Origin: Spirochaetota bacterium
GTDB lineage: Bacteria; Spirochaetota; UBA6919; CBDBPB01
DNA: 64,000 nt
NCBI GenBank assembly: GCA_965208615.1
Contig: CBDBPB010000007.1
Span: 384,001 to 448,000 of the forward strand
Direction: 5' to 3'
Both the position numbers and the translations under genes were made by a program. Below, in pieces: positions 56,602 through 64,000 of the stretch (within the stretch, counting starts at the first letter, position 1; the number at the start of each line of letters is the position of its first letter). The notes under the pieces were generated by a model. It saw nothing but the letters and a program-made list of their open reading frames with translations. It searched no databases and was not told the DNA's origin.

Positions 56602-59560
56602 AATTGGGCAAGAAATAGTTAGCATAGCAAGGCAGGGCTGGGACAACACAGTTAGTAATCCTGACAGGATTTTAGAAGAAAATAATGGTAGAGTAGATGG
56701 CGAGCTTTTAGGTGTATATGACAAGATATTAAGGGCAGATGCACATTTATATAGCCTGTTCCAAACTAGAAAGCACATGATACTGGGTAAATCTTTTGAA
56801 ATACACAGTGCAAGCGAGGACAAGAAAGACATAGAGATAGCAGACTTTGTGAAATATCAGCTCAATGATGTATTAGATGATTTCACACAGGATATGCATG
56901 AGCTTTTAAGTTGCCTGCAATACGGATACTCTGTATCAGAGTTCATTCTATCCGCCAACAACAATAGGATTATGATAGACAAAATAAAGTTCAAACATCC
57001 TAATCATTTTGCCTTCTCAGAGCAGGGAGAGCTTTTGTGGAACAAAGAAAATAGTGCTGAAAAGATAATATTGCCAAGTTACAAGTTTATAGTTCATTCT
57101 CACAATGCCAATGATGAGAACCTTTATGGCGAATCACTTATAAGCGAAAGGCTTTACTGGCTTTACTGGTACAAGCATAACATCTGGCAATTCTTAGTTA
57201 GCTTTATAGAGCGTTTTGGCAGTCCTATTCCTGTCTTTAAATATCCAACAAGCACGACTGAAGAAGAACACAGGATAATTGACGAAATGATGCATAATTT
57301 TCACGACCAGCTTGCTATGAAAGTGCCAACCGAAGTGATGCCTGAACTTTTGGAATGGAAAAGCTCAGGCAATAGGGCTGTACACGAAGATGCTGTAAAA
57401 CTTATCAACTCAGAGATGAGCAAAGCGGTTTTAGGCCAGACTCTCACAAGCGAGACTCAAGATACAGGCAGTTTAGCACAGTCAAAAGTCCATGAAAATA
57501 TATTAGACAATATAATAAAGTTTGATTGTATGAGTCTTGCAAATACTATCAACAATCAGCTAATAAAGCGACTGGTCGCTTGGAACTTTAAGACAGATAA
57601 ATACCCTTTTTTAAAGTTCAAAACAGAGCCTGATACAGACCTAAAAGCCCTTGCTGAGCGTGATGAGATACTAATTAGAATGGGAGTTAAAATCCCACAA
57701 GCTTATTTTCATGAAACCTACAACGTGCCTGTTGAAGAGGAAAACAAGGACAAAAAGGAAAAGAAAGATAAAGAAAGCAAATTAGACAAAGAAGAAGACA
57801 TAGACGAACACGAAGGGCTAAAGTCTTTTTCTGAAAAAGAACTAAACGAAGACGAGCTTGTTTTAAGCCAGCAAAATGAGCTTGACAGATACATAGATAT
57901 AGCTGTAGGAAAGGCTGTCAACGCTCAAGAGCAGTTTAATATTAAGCTCAAAAAGCTTATTAAGAAAAGAGAGTCTTTTAAGAGTTTAAAGTCTTTTGTT
58001 AAAAAGCTTTTTAGCAAAACTGACAGCAGTCTTGAGGATAGCATTTACAGAGAAGATATAGAGCCTTTGGCAGAGGTTTTAGGCGACATTATGTTTTGGG
58101 TATACAACCTAGGACATGCACATGCTTTGGACTACGAATCTATTATAGACTTTGCAGAAGAGGATATTTCCTTTCCTGAGGCCATAAATCATTTTAAAAA
58201 CAAGGTTCCAAAGACTCATGACGAGTTTTTGACTGAGAGGGATAAGCTGGGTGACAAAGCATTTTACATAAGTCGTGTAAATAATAAGAAAGTGGTAGAG
58301 GGGGTGCATGAGCGAATAGCAAAAGGTATTAAAGAGGGCAAGTCCTTTTACAATATGAAGAAAGATATAAATACCTATTTTGACAAACTAGGCGTCACAA
58401 GACTAAACAGCTATCATCTTGATACGGTTATTAGGACAAACGTTTTAAGTGCCTATAGCGCTGGACGGCTTAAGCAGATTAGCACACCTGAAGCAAGAAA
58501 AGCCTTCCCTTACTGGCGATACAGTGCGATTATGGACAGGAAGGTTCGTCCAGCACATAGAAAACTTCACGGGCTTGTTCTTAGAAACGATGACCCCAGA
58601 TGGGCTAACATCTATCCACCTTCTGGGTTTAACTGCAGGTGTACTGTCACAACTGTTAGACAAGGTTATTTTAAGCAAAAAGGTTTACCAGAACCAAAGA
58701 AAGGTGAGCTAAGCTTTAGTTATCACAATAAGGATGCCTTGGCAAAGGTGCCTATAGAAAACCCTAAAGGGCTAATTAGAAAGGGCAAAGGCGGGTGGAA
58801 TAGTCAAATAATAAAAGAAAAGGACTTTGACTTTCCACAAAGGGATAAGGGTTTCAAAAGCTCAAAAAATGTATTTGGCATTGATAAAAACATTCACGGT
58901 GATCCTAAAGGGTTTGGCTTAGCTCAATCTAAAAAGACTAAATACACTAGGCTAAAACATGTTAAAATAGATAGCTCTAATGGCGTGGAAAAGGCTTTAA
59001 TAGACTTAGACAGTCATGTTAAAAATAATTATCCAGCAAGCATTTTTAAAACTTATAAAAAGCTTAAGCTTGAGGTGCCAAAAGGCATAAATACAAACTC
59101 AAAAGAGCTTAAGTTACTATTCAATGCAGTAGAAAAGGTTTTAGCAATAGTCAAACACATCAATAAAAATATTCTTGAAAGCTTAAGTAGCATAAGATTT
59201 ATACCAGAACGGATAGGCAATTATAAACATAATATTTTAAAAAGCTCTATAAATGGTCTTTATGAAAATAATAGCATCCTACTTTTCAGAAGACTAATGG
59301 AAACTAAAGATGTTAAAGAGGCTCATTTTATGGGCACATTAAGACATGAACTTGGACACCACGCACATTTTTTATCTCTTGGTTTATTGCCTAAAATGAC
59401 TTATGAGCAAGGAGAGCTATTTGCCCAAGCTATGGACGATTACTTTTTAGGAAAACTAAATATATCTAAAGGCTATTTCAATAAGCTAAAAAGAGAACTA
59501 AATATGACAGACAAAGAAATGAATGAAGTATTTAAAAGATTAAAATTAAAGTTTAATTAG
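56585..59560 (+). CDS. Portal (DUF935/gp29) fused to MuF (gpF) head morphogenesis domain and a HExxH C-terminal extension
   Basis: YGYSVSE, ERFG.P, SKAVLGQTLT, VHE; then FPEAI.HF, RTN..SAY.AGR, D..VRP.H, YPP.GFNCRC; tail RHELGH. Confidence 0.9.
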   Translation: MAMALKIGQEIVSIARQGWDNTVSNPDRILEENNGRVDGELLGVYDKILRADAHLYSLFQTRKHMILGKSFEIHSASEDKKDIEIADFVKYQLNDVLDDFTQDMHELLSCLQYGYSVSEFILSANNNRIMIDKIKFKHPNHFAFSEQGELLWNKENSAEKIILPSYKFIVHSHNANDENLYGESLISERLYWLYWYKHNIWQFLVSFIERFGSPIPVFKYPTSTTEEEHRIIDEMMHNFHDQLAMKVPTEVMPELLEWKSSGNRAVHEDAVKLINSEMSKAVLGQTLTSETQDTGSLAQSKVHENILDNIIKFDCMSLANTINNQLIKRLVAWNFKTDKYPFLKFKTEPDTDLKALAERDEILIRMGVKIPQAYFHETYNVPVEEENKDKKEKKDKESKLDKEEDIDEHEGLKSFSEKELNEDELVLSQQNELDRYIDIAVGKAVNAQEQFNIKLKKLIKKRESFKSLKSFVKKLFSKTDSSLEDSIYREDIEPLAEVLGDIMFWVYNLGHAHALDYESIIDFAEEDISFPEAINHFKNKVPKTHDEFLTERDKLGDKAFYISRVNNKKVVEGVHERIAKGIKEGKSFYNMKKDINTYFDKLGVTRLNSYHLDTVIRTNVLSAYSAGRLKQISTPEARKAFPYWRYSAIMDRKVRPAHRKLHGLVLRNDDPRWANIYPPSGFNCRCTVTTVRQGYFKQKGLPEPKKGELSFSYHNKDALAKVPIENPKGLIRKGKGGWNSQIIKEKDFDFPQRDKGFKSSKNVFGIDKNIHGDPKGFGLAQSKKTKYTRLKHVKIDSSNGVEKALIDLDSHVKNNYPASIFKTYKKLKLEVPKGINTNSKELKLLFNAVEKVLAIVKHINKNILESLSSIRFIPERIGNYKHNILKSSINGLYENNSILLFRRLMETKDVKEAHFMGTLRHELGHHAHFLSLGLLPKMTYEQGELFAQAMDDYFLGKLNISKGYFNKLKRELNMTDKEMNEVFKRLKLKFN

Positions 59561-59733
59561 AGGATATAATGATCAGTTTCTTTTATTTCAACATCTGGAT
59601 AATGGTTAACTATTATATCATGTTGCTCTTCTTTGCCATAAGAGGCAAAAGCTTGTTTAATTTCAAGGCTATCTTTAAGGTAATCTTGAACAGCATCATT
59701 AAATGTTTCAATATCAAAGTTTGTAATGTGCAT
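59557..59733 (-). CDS. Counter-oriented small acidic protein (58 aa) after MuF
   Basis: AGGAG SD 7 nt before ATG 59733; convergent 4-bp stop overlap. Confidence 0.55.
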   Translation of the reverse strand: MHITNFDIETFNDAVQDYLKDSLEIKQAFASYGKEEQHDIIVNHYPDVEIKETDHYIL

Positions 59734-59787
59734 AATGCATCTCCTAATACTAAGATAACACAGTTTTTTAAAGGAGGCAAGTAAAAA

Positions 59788-60732
59788 ATGAGTAAATGGA
59801 GACATATTTTTAAAGCTGGAGACTATCCTCAAGGAAAGTTTACGGGTGGAAATATAGACGCAATAGTAAGCAAGTTTAATAAGGAGTCCGCAGGTGTGCC
59901 TATCACAATCGACCACAAAAAAACAGGGGTTGCCTATGGCTGGGTGGATAAGCTAAAAAGGCAAGACGATTACTTGTGTGCAGAGTTTAAAGATATACCC
60001 AGCGAGTTTGCAAAAGTTTTAGAAAAAAGACTTTTTAATAACGTTAGTGTTGAGATAGCACCAGGCGACAGACTCAGAGCGGTTAGTTTTTTAGGAGCTA
60101 AAGTCCCACAAATAAAAGAGCTTGACGCTCTTAATTTTAATGAAGATGAAAATATAATATCTATCGATTTTGAAGAACATTTTAAGGAGGAAAATATGAA
60201 CGATGAAGGATTAGAAAAGCGTATAACGCAGTTAGAGGGGGAGTTAAAACGTGAGCAAGAGAAGGCTAAAGAGTTTTCAGAGCAAAAAGAAAAAACAGAA
60301 AAAGAGCTAAAATCCCTAAAGGAGGAAAACGCTCTTAGAGAAAAGAAAGTAAAAAAAGAAAAGATCAAAGCTTTTTGTGAAAAGCAGATTAAAGAAGGCA
60401 AACTATTGCCAGCTGAGTTAAAAAGCACAGAAGAGTTTATGGATAGCCTTGATGACACAAAAATTATGGAGTTTAGTGAAGATGACAAGGTTAGCAAAAA
60501 GACTCAGCTTGACAAGTACATAGGCTCTAACAACAAAGAAAAAGTCTTGGAGTTTAAAGAGGTTGTTAATGACAAAGCAAAAATACAATACAATTTCACT
60601 AATGATGGTGATAGCAAACAGTTTTCTGAAGTCAAAAAACGATGCAAAGAGAGAAATATAGCTCTTGGTGACAAAGAAAAAGTTGCAGGCGTAGCTGTAG
60701 AAGTATTAGAGGAGGAAAATAATGACATATAG
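59788..60732 (+). CDS. Mu I-like prohead protease/scaffold
   Basis: IF.AG, PITIDH, AYGWV..L, VSVE, V.FLGA..P.IK.L; coiled-coil tail. Confidence 0.88.
   Translation: MSKWRHIFKAGDYPQGKFTGGNIDAIVSKFNKESAGVPITIDHKKTGVAYGWVDKLKRQDDYLCAEFKDIPSEFAKVLEKRLFNNVSVEIAPGDRLRAVSFLGAKVPQIKELDALNFNEDENIISIDFEEHFKEENMNDEGLEKRITQLEGELKREQEKAKEFSEQKEKTEKELKSLKEENALREKKVKKEKIKAFCEKQIKEGKLLPAELKSTEEFMDSLDDTKIMEFSEDDKVSKKTQLDKYIGSNNKEKVLEFKEVVNDKAKIQYNFTNDGDSKQFSEVKKRCKERNIALGDKEKVAGVAVEVLEEENNDI
60196..60732 (+). CDS. In-frame internal scaffold protein (Mu Z-like)
   Basis: AAGGAGG SD 5 nt before in-frame ATG (MNDEG...). Confidence 0.6.
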   Translation: MNDEGLEKRITQLEGELKREQEKAKEFSEQKEKTEKELKSLKEENALREKKVKKEKIKAFCEKQIKEGKLLPAELKSTEEFMDSLDDTKIMEFSEDDKVSKKTQLDKYIGSNNKEKVLEFKEVVNDKAKIQYNFTNDGDSKQFSEVKKRCKERNIALGDKEKVAGVAVEVLEEENNDI

Positions 60733-61066
60733 AATTGAAAGAGCCACGAAAGTAAAAGCGAGTGTTGATCTTGTTAAGCACAGGTTTGTAGGTTATGATG
60801 GAGCTTATGCCAAAAAAGATAAGCCCTGTCTGGGCATCAGTGAGAGTAATGGCAAATCAGGTGACTGGATTACAATAGTAAATGGCGGGAGCTATCTATT
60901 AGAAGTGGAATCCAACGTGACTGTAGGACAGGAGCTAACTGCGGGGACTGACGGCAAAGCAAAAATAGCAACAGGCAAAGACTATGTTCACGCCGTCAGC
61001 AGAGACAATGCTCAGACAGGAAATACAATAGAAGCAGAACCAGTTAAATATAAATTAGGAGGATAA
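60722..61066 (+). CDS. Capsid cement/decoration protein (DUF2190-like)
   Basis: RFVG, LGI, G.....V.G, V..G..L....DGKA; precedes capsid. Confidence 0.75.
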   Translation: MTYRIERATKVKASVDLVKHRFVGYDGAYAKKDKPCLGISESNGKSGDWITIVNGGSYLLEVESNVTVGQELTAGTDGKAKIATGKDYVHAVSRDNAQTGNTIEAEPVKYKLGG

Positions 61067-61067
61067 T

Positions 61068-61991
61068 ATGCCAGTTAATTTAGATCACAAACATTTAGTA
61101 CACAAAATGTATACAACAATAGCACAAGGTTATAGCAACAAAGCCTTTGTTGGCAGGGAAATGTGTACTTTAACTCCTGTTCAGTCCTTAGTAGGAAAAT
61201 ATTACGAGTTTGGCAAGGCTCGCTTTCGTGACGTAGGAGAGAAGATAAATAGACCTCTAAATAGTCCTCCTCAACAACACGAGTGGACTCCACCAACAGA
61301 AAGGTCTTTTGGGCTTACAATACAGTCCCTCGAAGTGGCTGCTGAACAAAAAGCAATAGATGAATATAAGAGCGTTGACAACATAATACAAAGCCAGCTC
61401 GATGAAAAGCTCGAGCTAATAAGACTTAGAGAAGAGATAGACATAAAAGATACTCTTCTTAACGCTGACAGTTATGAAAGACAGCATTCTAAAACTCTTA
61501 CAACAAAATGGACTGACAAAACAGATATAGCAAAAGAGATTGACTCTATGTCGAACATGATATTAGGGAAAGTCGGGGTTGTACCGAATCGACTTTTATT
61601 ATCTAATGATGTTTATACAAAAGCTTTTAAACCTAACAAAACTATACTAGAATCTATAAAGTATAGCCAAAAAGGTATACTTACAACTGATTTAATAGCA
61701 AGCTTTTTAGGCTTGGACAGAATTGTAGTTGGACAAGGCCTATACGAAACCTCTGGCGGCAAATTAGAGTTTTTGTGGAAAAACTGTCTTGTTTTGGCAT
61801 ACGTAGAGCCACAAAGCAAAAATCGAAACAAGCCGACCCATACAAGACTGTTTCAGTTAGATAAACACCCCACGGTGATTAAAGGCAACCCCTCTTATCG
61901 GGATATACAGCTCTACAGACTTGAGGACGCTAAACAGATTGCTATAGTTGATAAAAAATGCGGGTTTCTTTTGAAAGATGTGGTAGCGTAA
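61068..61991 (+). CDS. Major capsid protein
   Basis: TTIAQGYSN..FVG, G..PN.L, C-terminal GFLLKDVV; synteny. Confidence 0.85.
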   Translation: MPVNLDHKHLVHKMYTTIAQGYSNKAFVGREMCTLTPVQSLVGKYYEFGKARFRDVGEKINRPLNSPPQQHEWTPPTERSFGLTIQSLEVAAEQKAIDEYKSVDNIIQSQLDEKLELIRLREEIDIKDTLLNADSYERQHSKTLTTKWTDKTDIAKEIDSMSNMILGKVGVVPNRLLLSNDVYTKAFKPNKTILESIKYSQKGILTTDLIASFLGLDRIVVGQGLYETSGGKLEFLWKNCLVLAYVEPQSKNRNKPTHTRLFQLDKHPTVIKGNPSYRDIQLYRLEDAKQIAIVDKKCGFLLKDVVA

Positions 61992-62432
61992 ATGTACTTA
62001 ACCTTTGACGAATACATAGCTCGCTCTTATGAGAGTGAGACCGAAAGGATGGCAAGCGAGCATGAAAAGCTTGATGGGCTTGGTGATAAAGAAAAGGGCA
62101 TAGTCTTGCTTTGCATAAAAGATGCGTCAAGTGCGATAGATAACTATTTAAGAGATAGATATAGAACGCCCCTTTCGCCAGTTGCTGACTCAATAAAGCG
62201 TATATGTTTTCAGCTGAGTCGTTTTCACTTGTTTGAGAAAAAGAACATCTTAAACGAAGAGGCTTTTCTTGTTTATGATAGAGCTATTGCAGAGTTAAAA
62301 AAAATAGCAAAAGGTGATATAAAATTAGATGCAATTGAAGCAAAAAGACAAGGGTCAAGCAAGGCAGGGCGAATAAGCTATGTGAAAGGTAAAAGCATGC
62401 TTGCGAGGGCAGAAAAATGGGAATATCGATAA
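61992..62432 (+). CDS. Mu gp36-like head-tail connector (DUF1320)
   Basis: DAS..ID.YL..RY..PL, C....R..L, Y..AI..L..IA.G...L. Confidence 0.85.
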   Translation: MYLTFDEYIARSYESETERMASEHEKLDGLGDKEKGIVLLCIKDASSAIDNYLRDRYRTPLSPVADSIKRICFQLSRFHLFEKKNILNEEAFLVYDRAIAELKKIAKGDIKLDAIEAKRQGSSKAGRISYVKGKSMLARAEKWEYR

Positions 62433-62842
62433 GCGTAAATGGCATGACAGAGCTGGAAATAGCTTTAGGAAAAGCCATTAACTCTATAAAAACAAATAAA
62501 ATGCTAAACGAAATAGGCACAGATCTTGTAGACAGCACAGTAGAGCGATTTGAAACTGAAAGTGATGCAGAAGGCAGAGTGTGGGTAAATAGCCCTGCAG
62601 TCATGGCTATAAAGCGAAAGAGGGGGGATACAAAAGTCTTAGCTGTAACAGGAAGGCTTAAAAATAGTATCACAAAGCAAGTTAAAATGAAAAGCCTTAA
62701 AGTTGGGACTAATGTAGAGTATGGAAAATACTTACAGGAAGGAACAAAAAAAATGAAGGCTAAGCCTTTTTTGGGTATATCAGATGAGGATAAGGAAAAT
62801 ATAAAAGACATTGTAAAAAAGCATTTTGGGGGAATCTTTTGA
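62417..62842 (+). CDS. Mu gpG-like virion morphogenesis protein
   Basis: IG..L..ST..RF, TGRL..SI, VGTN..Y, PFLGIS. Confidence 0.88.
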   Translation: MGISISVNGMTELEIALGKAINSIKTNKMLNEIGTDLVDSTVERFETESDAEGRVWVNSPAVMAIKRKRGDTKVLAVTGRLKNSITKQVKMKSLKVGTNVEYGKYLQEGTKKMKAKPFLGISDEDKENIKDIVKKHFGGIF

Positions 62843-63390
62843 AAGCAGTTAAAGACTTTGTTAAAAGCAAGTTGGTTGAAGTTGGCTTTAACAAAAAGAA
62901 TATCTTTTGTTTTGAACCTTTGGACGAAAGCCAAGCCCTTAAAAACTTAGACTCAGCCTACTTTTACAACGAGAGTTCTGATATTGAGAGTGGTAAAAAA
63001 GGGCTCGGGGCTTGGGCTGAAAAAGAAACTTTAAAAAACATAAAACAAAATATAACTCAAAAAACAGTTTTAAACTTAAAACTCTTTATGACAATAGAAA
63101 CTCTGCATAGCAGATTAGATAGCTTTGTAGAGAAGCTCTATAGCCCAACTGCCCAAAAATCCTATATATTAAGAATAATAGACGCTAAAAACAAAAATAC
63201 AACTATCTATGACGTAAAAAGTGCTAAAAAGAAAATCGGCAAACAAATTAGTGTAACTGCTGCAGAAGTAGACTTAACGCTTAATATAGAGCATAGCATT
63301 GTTTATGAAGAAGAAGAAAAAGCAATAGATAACATTAAAATCACCCCAATAATTAAGGAGAATGAAAATGAACAAGAAAAAAGAAAATAA
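62839..63390 (+). CDS. Putative tail completion/terminator protein
   Basis: Synteny between gpG and sheath; coupled start. Confidence 0.5.
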   Translation: MKAVKDFVKSKLVEVGFNKKNIFCFEPLDESQALKNLDSAYFYNESSDIESGKKGLGAWAEKETLKNIKQNITQKTVLNLKLFMTIETLHSRLDSFVEKLYSPTAQKSYILRIIDAKNKNTTIYDVKSAKKKIGKQISVTAAEVDLTLNIEHSIVYEEEEKAIDNIKITPIIKENENEQEKRK

Positions 63391-63577
63391 AGAAGCGTCG
63401 CAAGCAAAAGATGACAAAGTTAAAGTCGTTGACTTTCTTAATAAAAAAAGTGTTCGTCATAATAGGCATAAAGGGTTTGCTGTTTATTTAAAAGTTGGCC
63501 TTCATGACAAGATTGACACTGCTTATTTGGAAAAGCAATTTACGGAATACAGTTCTATACGAGGAGGTGGGCTGTGA
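63368..63577 (+). CDS. Small phage protein before sheath
   Basis: AAGGAG SD; GTGA overlap with next gene. Confidence 0.55.
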   Translation: MNKKKENKEASQAKDDKVKVVDFLNKKSVRHNRHKGFAVYLKVGLHDKIDTAYLEKQFTEYSSIRGGGL

Positions 63578-64000
63578 GCGATAGTAAAATACAATTCAGA
63601 ATCAAAGAGAGTGACCGAAGTTCATTAGTTAGTGGTAATGACGGTATTTTTGCTAAGCTTGGGCGAGGGTATGACATAAAGGACAAAGAGAATAGCACTT
63701 TGTATAAAGACAAAGGAATAGCAACAAAGGCTAAACCTAATATAGCTTATGAGGTTGCATCTGCATCAGCTGCAAAAGAGTTATTTGGCGAAGGTTCTGA
63801 GCTTTATAAATCATGTTTATTGCATTTTGTATTAGGGGGAGCCCCTTTACACTGTGTTATGCCTGAAAATAATATACCGTCTAAAGTTGTCTCTGAAGCC
63901 TCCACCAGAAAGGGCACTGCAGTTCTTGAAATTAAAGAAAAAACAAATATCCAGAAAGATGGGCAATATACTATCAAAATTATCACAGCTGGGGGATTTA
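63574..64000 (+). CDS. Probable tail sheath protein, N-terminal part (runs off window)
   Basis: GGAGG SD, GTG start, open frame to window end (AKELFGEGSEL..., YTIKIITAG). Confidence 0.6.
   Translation, partial: MSDSKIQFRIKESDRSSLVSGNDGIFAKLGRGYDIKDKENSTLYKDKGIATKAKPNIAYEVASASAAKELFGEGSELYKSCLLHFVLGGAPLHCVMPENNIPSKVVSEASTRKGTAVLEIKEKTNIQKDGQYTIKIITAGGF

Larger units (their letters stand above)
40507..64000. mobile_element. Mu-like transposable prophage (left part; continues past window end)
   Basis: DDE transposase, AAA ATPase, GemA, DUF3102, repressor/Ner pair, Mu-type terminase, portal, gpF, protease, gp36, gpG; TG-initiated end with repeated sites. Confidence 0.93.

Noticed and set aside
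59970-62934. Long antisense ORFs (59970..60497, 62284..62934; likewise 52851..53363, 33255..33725, 38824..39249, 46541..47002)
   Set aside because: Shadow frames opposite well-supported genes, Phe/Ser/Leu-biased, no motifs.

Overview
AT-rich bacterial chromosome window, most consistent with an LPS-making spirochaete (class B flagellin with a consensus sigma28 promoter, DUF1577/PilZ-like protein, lpxD; taxonomy is inference). Bases 1-~40400 are host genes. They include a partial siroheme reductase, a pentaheme cytochrome c, queG-cobU-cbiB, mgsA, metG, lolC/E, a two-subunit 2-oxoacid:ferredoxin oxidoreductase, lpxD, flaB, a corrinoid protein/UroD-like/DUF1638/PAS histidine kinase operon, a giant TPR-alpha-2-macroglobulin, trpE and hisE. 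From ~40507 to the window end lies the left part of a Mu-like transposable prophage with a leftward early operon (B3/BcepMu-like layout), followed by repressor, lysis, head and first tail genes. Most notable: (1) the prophage carries a FliA/sigma28 gene where Mor/C normally sits; (2) a tandem mosaic array of three P22-AR-type antirepressors built from near-identical repeats; (3) a B12-protein + Zn-ligand-less methyltransferase-like + DUF1638 + orphan kinase operon that may be a corrinoid-based sensor; (4) a portal-MuF-HExxH fusion; (5) a spanin-like pair whose outer component ends in beta-strands instead of being a lipoprotein. Three +1 homopolymer frameshifts are probably sequencing errors. 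All calls were made by eye from motifs and synteny; no searches were run.
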